A stretch of 63,121 bases of DNA, the filler included, from Olpidium bornovanus S191 (lineage: Eukaryota; Fungi; Olpidiomycota), in NCBI GenBank assembly GCA_017911155.1. It is 29 parts of 29 records of this genome, joined end to end, with 100 filler letters (N's around TTAATTAATTAA, not from the genome) between each part and the next. Parts side by side here need not be neighbours in the genome. Positions count along the whole stretch, not along the records: positions 12,100 to 16,739 come from JAEFCI010000260.1; positions 16,840 to 20,521 come from JAEFCI010011001.1; positions 20,622 to 22,284 come from JAEFCI010005774.1; positions 22,385 to 24,340 come from JAEFCI010008786.1; 25 more parts are not named here. One strand, 5' to 3'. Below the pieces are notes generated by a model. That model saw only the letters and a list, made by a program, of their open reading frames with translations. It did no database searches and was not told the DNA's origin. The position numbers were made by a program, and so were the translations under genes. Positions 12,428-22,965 of this stretch are shown in pieces (positions within the stretch are counted from its first letter, which is position 1; the number at the start of each line of letters is the position of its first letter).

Positions 12428-14104
12428 CTGGCGACCCCGCACGTCCTCGTCTTCGCGTCGGCGTTGTACCTCTCTCATGCCCGGAGGGGCCTCGTCGACG
12501 CGGCGGCGCAGGCGGCGACGGCGACAACTGTGAGCGCGAGGCGGGCGTGGGGCGGAGACGAGAGGCGGCGCGTTGGGACGGTCCGGGGTGCCGCCGCAGC
12601 GGTCGGCGCCGCCGCCCCCTTCGCAGGCGCCGCTTCCCCTTCCGCAGGCGCCATCGCCGCCGAGGAAAATCGGCCGGGCGCGCGCGCGACAGCGGCGGCG
12701 CCGCAGCGGCGCGTCGGAGGAGGGGGAGGAGGAGGAGAAGACGTCATTGTTGATGCGGGGAACGCGGCCGGAATCTCTGGGGACGACGACTACCGGGGCG
12801 AGCGGCGGCCGGACGACGCCGCTCTGCCTGCGGCGCGAGCCCTCGCCGCCGCCGCCGCCGCCGCCGGTTCCGGAAACCTGTTCGAGCAGATCACGAAGAC
12901 TTTGTGGCCTGTCCGCGTCGGTGCCGCCCGGCGAGGTCGGGAGGCGGCCGGCGGCGTCGACGCGCAAGAGTTGTCTACTGCAGAGGAAGCGGCGGCGCCG
13001 CCGCCAATCGCCCTCGGGACCCCTGCGACCTTTCGCCCCCCCGGCGGACGGGAGCAGGAGGCCGCGGCGCAGATTCCGCGCGCGGTGTCCTTCAGCGCCG
13101 ACTGGATGTACGCCGACAACCTGTCGCAAATCCTCGCAACACTCTCCCCCCCGAGGGAAGGCGCGCCGTACGCGCATCCGCCATCTGCGACATCAATCGC
13201 CCCTCCCACCCGAGATGAAGGCCGGCGCGTGCTGGATCGCCCGCAGGAAGCCGAGTCTCAGGCAGACCTATTGTCGGACGTCGCGGCGAGCAGCAGCAGC
13301 AGCAGCAGGTCGACCGGCCTGTTCAAGCAGATAACGGCGCTTTTCCAACGCGCGCCGGAAGCGGCGTTTTTGCCCGCGGCGGGATGCAGCGCGCCGCCGA
13401 CGCCTCGGGTCGCCCCGCGCATGCCGTCTGCGACAGCGGCAGGAGCTCCGACGGGCCATATTCCGACGCCCGTTCCCAGGTTCAACGCTGACGCCCTGTA
13501 CGCGGATAACCTCACCGAAACCGTCGGAACCCTGGGCGGGGCGCCGGCTGCCGCGTCTCCCGCGGCCCCGCAACCGGCCTCGGCGCGCCAGAAGCGCACG
13601 CGGTCGGCGCTGGAGTGGTCTCGGGCGGTGAACTTGGCGCAGGACCTGGATGCCGTGAAGCGACTGGAGCGCGAGCTGGTCTCGGCAACGGGCCTGACGC
13701 ACGCAGAGCCGCGTGCCCGCCGCAGCCGTTCTTCTTCTCCGAAGGCCGTCGTCCGCGCGTGCAGGGTGCGCCTCGTGCTCCACCGGGACGTCCTGGAGGC
13801 CTACGTCCGTCTCGGCTCGTACGACGACGCCCGCCGCGCTTTCGAGAGGTTCAGACTCCAGGCCCTCGCGATCTTCGCCGCCCCACCGCCGCCACCCGCC
13901 ACCAGGGACTGTCTCGCAGATCAGGAGCGGGAGGCGTGCGCCCGCCTGGTGTCTGCGGGATTGTACACGTACGTGCAGTTCCTGTCCACCCGGGCGGCCG
14001 GCCGGCACAACCGCGAGATTTCGACCTTGCTTAAAGAGGCGTCCGAACTCGGTTTGCAACCGAGGAAGGAGGGCAGGTCGATGTACTTTCCGCCGTCGGA
14101 ATGA
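12428..14104 (+). CDS. Large exon of a PPR-like protein with low-complexity, internally duplicated N-terminal half (5' exon upstream or missing)
   Basis: Long ORF after a polypyrimidine/CAG acceptor at 12427. C-terminal VLEAYVRLGSYDDARRAFERF resembles a PPR unit. Confidence 0.6.
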   Translation: MATPHVLVFASALYLSHARRGLVDAAAQAATATTVSARRAWGGDERRRVGTVRGAAAAVGAAAPFAGAASPSAGAIAAEENRPGARATAAAPQRRVGGGGGGGEDVIVDAGNAAGISGDDDYRGERRPDDAALPAARALAAAAAAAGSGNLFEQITKTLWPVRVGAARRGREAAGGVDAQELSTAEEAAAPPPIALGTPATFRPPGGREQEAAAQIPRAVSFSADWMYADNLSQILATLSPPREGAPYAHPPSATSIAPPTRDEGRRVLDRPQEAESQADLLSDVAASSSSSSRSTGLFKQITALFQRAPEAAFLPAAGCSAPPTPRVAPRMPSATAAGAPTGHIPTPVPRFNADALYADNLTETVGTLGGAPAAASPAAPQPASARQKRTRSALEWSRAVNLAQDLDAVKRLERELVSATGLTHAEPRARRSRSSSPKAVVRACRVRLVLHRDVLEAYVRLGSYDDARRAFERFRLQALAIFAAPPPPPATRDCLADQEREACARLVSAGLYTYVQFLSTRAAGRHNREISTLLKEASELGLQPRKEGRSMYFPPSE

Positions 14105-14383
14105 CGGCAATGTTTTACGCTCCACGCTGTCCTCAAATGAGCGGCGCGCACCCTCTTACTGCAGACGACCAAAAAAAAAAAAAGAAAAGTGGACGAACGC
14201 CCCCTCTACCGGGATCTTGTTTTTGCGCGCTCCGTGTCATAGTCAAACCGATATCATAGTCTGCATTCCCGAATAAAAGCTGACTCGCATAACGCGGTGC
14301 TGGCCAGCGTTTCGGCGAGAGCGTAGTATGTATTTTTAATCCCGGATCAAAGCGCTGGTGTGGCGCGCTCCCGCGTATCCCGT

Positions 14384-15460
14384 TCAGAACAGCCTTCCTA
14401 TGAGGACGGGTATGGCCGTCTCCGTGCGCAGGATTCTCTTGCCGAGGGATACGCAGCGGAAGCCGATGCTACGGAGGAACGCAACCTCCTCCGGCACCCA
14501 CCCTCCCTCGGGGCCAATTGCCAGCACCGCGTTCCGGGATAACGGGAGACCCCGCGGGCACGTCGCGACGCTGTCGTCGCTGCTGACGCCGCCCGGCGCC
14601 GCGGGGCCGTCGTCGTCCGCGTCGGGCGGGTGCGCGACAAGCTTCGTGGCGGCCGCGAACCAAGAGTCAGGGTCGACCGCGCCGTCCAAACCGGCCAGGC
14701 GACCGACGACGGCGTCCCACGTGTCCAACATCACCAGCTGGGGCAGGACGGTGTCTCTGGCCTGCTCGAGGCCCAGGAGGAGCTGCTCCCTCACCTCGGC
14801 CGGGCGGAGTTTCGTCGCGGACCAGTACGAGCGCTCGACGCGCGCGGCGGCGACCAGGACCAGCCTCGGCACGCCCAGGCTCGAGACGGCCTGCAGCACG
14901 CGGTGCAGCACCTTTGGCCGCGGGAGGGCCAGGAGAAGTGTCAGCGGCAATTTGGGAGGGGGCTCGGAACGCAGCTCCAGGATTTCCAGCTCAACGTAGC
15001 CCGGGTTGCCTTGCCGATCCCCGCCGTCGGGTGCGCCTCCTCCGGCCGCCGGCACTGCTGCTCCTTCGGCGCTCCCGTCGTCGTCTCCGCCTCCCGTCCG
15101 GGAGACGACGACGGCGGCCTCGTCCTCCTTCTCCTCCTCCTCCTCCTCCCGCCCCTCGCCGGCGGCCGTGCAGGTTCTTGTCCCCGTCGGCGCGACGGTT
15201 CCTTTCCTCTCCCCCCCCCTCTTCGCCTTCTTCGTCTTCGCCGCCGACCCCGCCTTGAACTTCCTCACCGCCAACGGGGGTGGCGGCGGCACTGTCACCC
15301 GGGCGGTTCCCACGCGCCCGCCGATCAGGCCCACGCTCACGGTGTCCCCCCGTCCGGGCTTCAGCACCTCGGCGACGTGCTCGTACCTCCTTTCACCCGC
15401 CGGCAGCCTCGCCGTCGTCTCCGACACGAAGTCTGCCTTGCTTAGTATGATCAGGTTCAT
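14384..15460 (-). CDS. rsmE: 16S rRNA (uracil1498-N3)-methyltransferase RsmE, Pseudomonas-type, 358 aa, no intron in the coding region
   Basis: MNLIILSKADF..RRYEHVAEVL..GDTVSVGLIGG, PPPKLPLTLLLALPRPKVL.RVLQ..LGVPRLVL..RVERSYW, EQLLLGLEQARDTVLP, and SPOUT motif LAIGPEGGWVPEE..SLGKRILRTETAIPVLIGRLF*. Confidence 0.95.
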   Translation of the reverse strand: MNLIILSKADFVSETTARLPAGERRYEHVAEVLKPGRGDTVSVGLIGGRVGTARVTVPPPPPLAVRKFKAGSAAKTKKAKRGGERKGTVAPTGTRTCTAAGEGREEEEEEKEDEAAVVVSRTGGGDDDGSAEGAAVPAAGGGAPDGGDRQGNPGYVELEILELRSEPPPKLPLTLLLALPRPKVLHRVLQAVSSLGVPRLVLVAAARVERSYWSATKLRPAEVREQLLLGLEQARDTVLPQLVMLDTWDAVVGRLAGLDGAVDPDSWFAAATKLVAHPPDADDDGPAAPGGVSSDDSVATCPRGLPLSRNAVLAIGPEGGWVPEEVAFLRSIGFRCVSLGKRILRTETAIPVLIGRLF

Positions 15461-16841
15461 TGCCGGGGCTGTGAAAAGCAGGAGTAATGGGGGGAAGGGG
15501 GAGGGGTTGGAATCTGCCGGAGTCCGCCGCCGGGGCAGCAGACCGTTGTGAAGCAGGTGACGATCGACGAAAATCGGCGTCCGGAGGCGCGAACGCCAAG
15601 CGGCCGCCGTAAATGTTTCGCCTCGTTTACGGCAAGAATGATTTTTTTCGTTTTGGGACCGGCCTTTACCCCCGACGACGCGAGGGGAGGAAGGGGGCCG
15701 ACCGGCGACGGCGCGCGGTTTGACGTCAGGGACGGGAGGAGAACGGGAGGGCGGTGGCGGCGGGCGGCCGAGCGGCTGACGGGAACTCTCCGAAGGGCGC
15801 AAAAACCCGGCGGGTTGCGAAAAATCACACAGAAAAAGACCACCGGCGCACTTTTTTGTTGTTGTTGTTTTTGTTGTTGGTTACGTTTTGGCATCAGCAG
15901 GGTGCCTGGCATATCGGGCGGGCGGGCTGCCGGTCCGCGACCGCTCTCTCGGAATCAACCAGGTCAATCCTTTTCTTTTTTTTTTGTTTTCAACCCCCGC
16001 CGGGCGTTTGGAAAAGTGGCGCTGGAATTCCTTCTCTGCAACGGGTCCGCCTACGGGGAAGAGGAGAGACGTGGACGACGTGTGCAACCTGTGTGGGAGA
16101 GAGGAAGGAAGAAGTCGTCGCGGGCCGGCGGGTCCGGCGACAGATGGCCGCCGTTGCGGCGCCTGCGTGGACGCAATTAAAAAAAAATTTCGCTGAGACC
16201 AGGAAAGCAGGTCAAATTCCGCACCGAAAACCCAGCCCGTCGCGACACGGGGAGTCCGGCGCCAGTTTCCTCATGAACAAAACCGAGTTGTTTTACCAAG
16301 ACGCGCCTGCTGCCAAACCAGCCTGTTTCCGACATCGTATTCAACGTGGGAAACTGCGACGACAGGCATATCATCCTCCCCACAAAACGGTGGGTGTACT
16401 TTGAGCGCCAGAAGCTTCGAGCCGTTGAGCACAATCAAGTTAGGCAACCGCTGTCGAGAGAAATTGTCGGAAGGGATTGCAGGCGGAGCAAGATGGCGGG
16501 GGCTCGTGCTGCACGGTGGTGAGGAAGCGGCGTCACGAAACCGAGGGAGAAACCGTCCCCGGGCTCCCGGCGTTCCCTTCTCCGCCGCGCTTATTTGGTT
16601 TGGATTTTGAGATCCACAAATGCCTGGCCAAACTCAAAGCAGCCCAAAACAGCCCAAAACAGCAGCTGTCCTCGACCCAAATTCACGATTGTCGTCAAAT
16701 GTTTAGGTGTGTCGAAAACAGGCTGATTTGGGTCCAGTCNNNNNNNNNNNNNNNNNNNNNNNNNNNNNNNNNNNNNNNNNNNNTTAATTAATTAANNNNN
16801 NNNNNNNNNNNNNNNNNNNNNNNNNNNNNNNNNNNNNNNCG

Positions 16842-16885
<44 letters not shown>

Positions 16886-16903
16886 ACCGCGAAAGCCGAA
16901 AAA

Positions 16904-16942
<39 letters not shown>

Positions 16943-17031
16943 TCGACCCCGTGCAGTAACGAAACCGCCCGCTCCTCAGCACGCTTGACGGCCCGGCCAC
17001 CACCGAGCAGCCTATCATCTGTCGGGCATAC

Positions 17032-17801
17032 TTTTTCAGTCCCGCGGCTTCGCATTTTACTTCCTCGGAGACCGGGTCTGGTCCGTTTGCCCGGACGGCG
17101 CGGTTGATGATCGCAAAGCGCTGGGCGATTGACCGCAGCTGGTAGAAGCCTGTCAGCCACGAAAGGCATATGCCGGCAAGCCAGAATCGCGCAGCCCGCT
17201 CCTGATAGATCTTGAAGTTTTTGAAATTGAACACTTTGACGCTGTGGAACTTCAAGTTCGGGCCCGGCCCCCACACCCGCCCTTGGTCAGACCTTCCGCA
17301 AAGTACGCCGCAGCGGAGCAACAGGCTTGAACGCGCGGCAGCCGCCCGGCTCGCCTCACCCATGTCAGCATGTCGTAAAATAAGTAGACAGCGTAAGAAA
17401 CGCTCTTCCCCATAGTCAGCCATCTGAGCACGTCATCCTGGATACTTTGACTTTTTACTAGCGTCTGAGCGTGTTCGACAGGCTTGCCGACGCGCAGAAC
17501 TGGACGAGAACAAATAAATGCGGCATCAGCAGGTCGGCATTCTCGTTGCCTCGTCAGAGGTCTCGTAGCAAAGCGTCAACGCCAAACATCAGAGCAGATC
17601 GGCCGTACGTCTCCTGCTCAAGCCCAGGGCGGACTTAAGGGCGTCCCACCGCGCAACCGCGTCCTTGGACGCCCCGTTCCGCTGCAAGTACCAAACGTAG
17701 AACCGCGCGTAGTACTGGCCGACCCGGTACAATTTGTCCCTGCCGTTGGTGGTGGCGAGGTATTTTATGAGAACGTCCACCGGCAGGTGTTGCGCCGGCA
17801 T
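17032..17801 (-). CDS. PEX11: Peroxisomal membrane protein PEX11, multi-exon, 3' end uncertain or truncated
   Basis: YLATTNGRDKLYRVGQYYARF..LKSALGLSRR|LLRVGKPVEH..DDVLRWLTMGKSVSYAVYLFYDMLTW|..ERAARFWLAGICLS, with GT-AG introns. Confidence 0.93.
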
Positions 17802-19163
17802 TCCGCAGATCTGCTTGTTCTCTGGGCCTCCACGCAAAACAACGTGACGCGTATTGTCGTTAGTCACGATTTGCCGCCCGCTCACGGAGGTCGTGAGGAC
17901 GGGCGGGTCCTGCCCGAGAGGACTAACCAAGACCGGGGTCGCCGGAGGGCTAGCTTGCGCAGCGAAGGCTGCAACGTCTTTCTCTCCGCAACAGGGCCCA
18001 CCAGCGTCCGATGCGAACGATGCCGCGCCGCTAACCGGGACTCCCCGCCGGGTTCTCCCAGAGTTTCCACTCCTCGAGCCTGCGCTGCGGGGGAACCGAT
18101 CGCTTACCGTGTCTCACGCAAAGGGCGAGGTTCCGTTTGGCTCCGGGCCCGGGTGTCTTCCTTCTTCCGAGGCCGCTGGGGCCGAGGATCACCCGCCGGG
18201 AGTATCGATCTCGGGAAAGGGTTCTCCGCGGCAACCTCTCTCTTAGCCGACGAAATGGGGGCGGAGGAAGGGGGGGGGGGGGGGGAAGGGGGGGGGGGGT
18301 GTGAATGACGGCGGTGGCCCGCGCGCGCCGCCGCTTGGAGCCTTTTGTTGTGGGACGGGGCAGTTTTCTCCGTGTGGAAAATACGCAAAAGTACTTCCGA
18401 CGCACGTCCGGCCGGCCCCCCCACAAACCAGAAAACGCGGAAGGCGAAAAAGGACGAGAATCACAGGCCGAGCGAAGGAAAGAAGCCGAGGCGAAAAAAA
18501 GGGAGGTCCGCCTGGGAGAGAAAGAGCGGACCAGAGGGTAAAGTGGAAAGAAAAAGTAGAAACTTAAAGAGCTATAGAGGCGTCTGAGCTCGCAACGCCG
18601 TCCCGCGCCCTGTGCCTTGTCCTGGACGAAACGAGAAGAAACAAAGCTCCGGGTAGCGAACGGGTCAAGGTGGTCGGAGGTGACTATTAAAATCTTAAAA
18701 ATTTGTCGGATGGAATGCTGAATTCCACATTTGTACCCTAGGCAGTGGTCTGCAAACTGGACAAGGACAAAACCACACTAGTCACACGGCACTTCTGGCT
18801 AATGAGCAATTTAAAACTCCAGTTCATTCCGAATGCCAAGCAATCTAAGTTCCTCTTTGTTCCAATAGCTCGTTCTCTTAAGGGTCTTCTGTAACCCTTT
18901 CATTGTTGGGGTGCTAGTTATAGAATGGATTGCTATGGATCTGGGCCTGTGCGGACGGAGGCGACACAATGCCACCGAGACGAAGGCTGCCTACCACACC
19001 CGCCGTGAAACCGGCTGGCGTCTGGAACATCCGAACAATAATATGATCAGGGGATTCTTTGCGGTTCTGGCAGCGCAGCCCGCGTCGTTGTCGCCCCGCC
19101 CCAAAAACAAAAAAAAAGCGGGCAGGAATAAGGGGGAAAAAAAAAATTTGCACTTTGGTTGCG

Positions 19164-19236
19164 AGGACGATGCGAGATTCGAACTCGCGTTACTGGAATC
19201 AAAATCCAGTGTGCTAAACCGCTACACTAATCGTCG
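19164..19236 (-). tRNA. trnQ-UUG: tRNA-Gln (anticodon UUG)
   Basis: Full cloverleaf: D stem GTGT/GCAC, anticodon stem CTGGA/TCCAG with loop TTTTGAT, T arm GCGAG-TTCGAAT-CTCGC, discriminator U. Downstream T-run terminator. C1:C72 mismatch. Confidence 0.92.
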
Positions 19237-19399
19237 CTATGTCCGTACCCTGCAACGGCCGTCGGACCTTCTTTAATCATTTACGCCCCATTTTGACGAG
19301 CCGTGCTTTCCTTACCTTCGCAGGAGAAAGTAACCATTTGCTGACGACTGTGCCCCCCCATCGGACGTAGCTCGGTAAGTCAGACGGCAACTCGCTCAC

Positions 19400-20400
19400 T
19401 TACGCTACTGTGCTGCCGCTCGTCGCAGCGCCCGTTTCCCTCGCCCCCCGCAGCTCGGCAGAATTGCCGACGATTTCTCGACGTGGGCGTGGACCCGCCC
19501 GCGCAGGGCTGCCGCGTTTTCCGTCAGGCGAGAACACGGCTCATGCCGCACGTGCGCAAGTTCGCTTTCCCTTCGGGGAAGCGGCTTGACAGTGCACTCT
19601 GGCAGCTTATCGACCGACCACCGGCAGTACGCTGCGTTTTTGGAACCACCTGGGTGCGTCACCGTTTCGCGCATGTCCGGCTTTTCTACGCAGGCGTGCC
19701 GTTGCGTTCCTCGCCGGAACTGCCACTGGAGACTGACCAGGACGAGATCAGCACGCGTTCCGGGAGCCCGGCTTGTGAAGAGCACGGCAGAAGGGTCACA
19801 GCGGACACTCTTACGAGCGAGCGTTGCCGTGGATGCCTAGCATGACTGGCGGCCAAAACGCGCCAGGCAGTATGGTACACCCGCCCTGTCCGCGCGTTCG
19901 CCCAAGTGGTGTCCGTCGGGCGGCTGGCGACTGGCCGGCTGGCGGCCAGCTGCGCGGTTAAGGCCTGGCATCACCTGACGACCGTACGATCTTGGTCAGC
20001 TTCCACCGGCAACGACCGAGATCGTGCGAGCCGCCTCCGCCGAACTTGTTCTTCATTGTCGCCGGCCGCTTCCTAGTTCAGACGACATGCTTCGCAAAGT
20101 CATCAAGTTGGCATACAAGAAGGACGTGCCGCGCGACCTTGCTTACCAAATGCCCCCCTTTTGAGCGATGCGTGCGGCACAAACGAGTATGCGAGGTGCC
20201 ACGGGCAGATTCTGTCGGCGACCGCTGATAAGGACATCTCGTTAGAGGCCTTCCCGGTACCAGATCCCTTTTTTTTGACGAGGTAGGGGATGAAAAGGTC
20301 AGTCGGTTTTGCGTTAGCAAGGACCAAACGAAATGGTACCAAGCACTCGGGCACTGAAGTTTAACGCTTCGGAGTTTACCGGGCAAGAACCGCCACTTGC
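19400..20400 (-). mobile_element. Highly degenerate Ty3/gypsy-like integrase remnant
   Basis: Scattered frameshifted motifs: LFIP, HRSKGGHL..HVV (HHCC-like) and GLPERVLIS (GxPxxxxSD-like). Confidence 0.35.
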
Positions 20401-22040
20401 CATGGAGCTGGATCGAATTCTTGGTGTTTCGGGGACCGTCTAGCTGTATTTTCGTGCTTTCGTGCTGGCCGTATTTCTTGCTGGCCGTATTTTCCCTGGA
20501 ACCCGGCCGACCAGCGTACAGNNNNNNNNNNNNNNNNNNNNNNNNNNNNNNNNNNNNNNNNNNNNTTAATTAATTAANNNNNNNNNNNNNNNNNNNNNNN
20601 NNNNNNNNNNNNNNNNNNNNNCATGCGGCCGACGGTGTCGGGCAATCAATGCCCCGGTAAATTATGCGCTTGGTGCATAAGGAGGCCCCCCGCAGTTCCA
20701 CCCCCCATACACACGCGCAACCCACCGAACTGAACAACAACAAAATAAAAGCAACGTAGCACCCTCTGAAGACGCTTTGACGGCCTCTCGTGGGGCTCCA
20801 AATCGACTAGTCTCGACCGCCTGTGACTGCGACGCCCCTCCGAGCGGGCGGTTGGCTGCTCCTGGGGTTGGAGGGCGGTATTGGGGAGCAAGGGGAGCGT
20901 GTCGAAGCCCGCGTCAAAGAGAGCTGTAATAACAGCAAGAAGAGGACTCCGCTGTCCCGCAGCCACCCGTACCTACGGCAATCCGCACGCGTAAAACAGC
21001 CCACTGCTGCCCGTCCCAGCCTGCCACAACCCCGCCGGAGTCAACATTCTCCCGACAATGGTCTTTGCCGGTAAAGTTCCACATTGAAGAGCGCACAAGC
21101 TTGGCAACAGTACGCTCTTGTTCCGAGGGCTTCTCGTGTCGCTCTTCCGTGCGGGACCCATTCGTGGCACGATTCATTTACCGATGACCTGGCGTTTGTC
21201 TCGTTCTGTGCGCTCGCGATGCCGTTGCTCAAGTGCGACTTCGGCCCTCGACTCAGGGAGGCGGTAGTGACACTAACTGAACTTACGTTGGGAAAAACTT
21301 CTTTGGCACATATCTATGGCTGTCCGACGGCCACAGACAGAGCATGGCGATAATTGGTGACGCTTTTTTGATTTGCAATCTAATTTACTCAACCTAAATT
21401 AGCTCTCTAATTTCCGAAATGACCGTTTGTGATGAAGGCAAAGAAATCCTCAAAGACCGTGAGCTTCGAGCCATTCTAAGGATATAGCAATTCTTCAGCT
21501 GATGAAACCAGCGTAGTCCAACTGGACTCCAGTGTTTCCACGTGTGCGACGCCTTGCCTTTGCCAATTAATAAGACACCAAAACGTTTTACTGAATTCTT
21601 TTCTTGTCTTGTCTGTCGCGCTTATGGGGAGACGATTGAATATTAATGTACTGCGGCAAGGTTCACAGCGTTGTATTCCTCTTCCTCGTCAGGTCTGAGC
21701 AGACTTGCTATCTCCAGACAGCCCGGGGGGAGGAGCCATTGGGCTCGGCCGCAGTCTCGTTGGTTAGGCGGCGCGGGGGGGGGGGGGGGGGGGGGTTCAG
21801 ACTAGCAGAAAACGTCTGCTCCCCCCATCGCTGCCTGGATGGTCGTGGCAGTTTTTCGACCTGCCAAGGTCGCTTCAAGTTGGGGCAGTTTACGACCTGC
21901 CGAGGTCGCCAGTCACGGCTCCTTGTCGGGAAACCGCAGGCAGTTTTAAGGACCTACCAGGGTCCCTGTCTCGGCGCAGTCGGTCGCCGAAGGCAGTTTT
22001 ACGTCTTGTCTAGAACGTCGGTCAATGGTGTGAAAAGTTT

Positions 22041-22284
22041 TTATGTCTTATCAAGGACGGGATCTTGCGCGAGGAACTCGCGCACTGCTTGTGGAGCACC
22101 CCTGAGATGTTCGGCCGGTTCCCACGTGTCCTCGGACGCGTCGTAGCCCTTCCAGCAAACGAGGTATTGTGTTTGTCCTTGGCGTCGACGTCGTCCAACG
22201 ATTCTTTCGATTTCGAACTCGTCTTTCACCGCGTCCATAGGGTCGGGTCGGGAGACGGCTTGTGGGACCGGGATCTCAGCGGGG
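22041..22284 (-). mobile_element. Chromodomain, probably the C-terminus of a chromovirus (Ty3/gypsy) integrase
   Basis: EFEIERIVGRRRRQGQTQYLVCWKGYDASEDTWEPAEHLRGAPQAVREF*. Terminal position in the ORF, followed by a repeat-rich non-coding tail. Confidence 0.85.
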
Positions 22285-22400
22285 NNNNNNNNNNNNNNNN
22301 NNNNNNNNNNNNNNNNNNNNNNNNNNNNTTAATTAATTAANNNNNNNNNNNNNNNNNNNNNNNNNNNNNNNNNNNNNNNNNNNNAAAAAAAAAAAAAAAA

Positions 22401-22559
22401 AGGAAAAAAACGCACGTACGGCGATTGGACGCCGGCCCACAAGGATCGAACGAAGCCCCGCTGGGCGTTTGCCCCCGCTGAGGAAAAAAACGCACGTACG
22501 GCGATTGGACGCCGGCCCACAAGGATCGAACGAAGCCCCGCTGGGCGTTTGCCCCCGCT
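22401..22559. repeat. Perfect 79-bp direct repeat with 80-bp period
   Basis: 22401-22479 is identical to 22481-22559. Confidence 0.95.
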
Positions 22560-22965
22560 CTGCGCGCGCGGGGAAGCCGAGGAAAAGAGGCGGGCGGCCA
22601 AGCGGCAGAAAACCTGCGGCCCCCGGGCAGCTCCGCGGATCCGGCTCGAATAAATTTTTCCCCGTTCTTGCTTCTTTTCCTTTTAGCCCTCTGCCGCTTG
22701 CTCTCCTCTCTCCTCCCTTTTTCTCTCTTTCTCTCTATTTCTCTCTCTCTTTCTCTCTCTCTTTCTTTCTCTCTCTCTCTGTTCTCTTCCTATTTTCTCT
22801 CTCTCTTCTCTTCCTCTGCCTTCTTTTTCTCTCACGGCTTTCTCTCTCTGTCTCTCTCTTCTCTCTTTTTCTCTACTCTATCTTCATCTCTCGTTTTCTC
22901 TCTCGCTTTCTCGCTCTCTCGCTTTCTCGGACATCTTCGGCAGACTGTGATCGGCCGGCGCGGGG

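Noticed and set aside
15461-15802. 114-aa N-terminal extension of RsmE as a targeting peptide
   Set aside because: It starts at TTG, not ATG, and includes an acceptor-like tract, so it is more likely intron or UTR.
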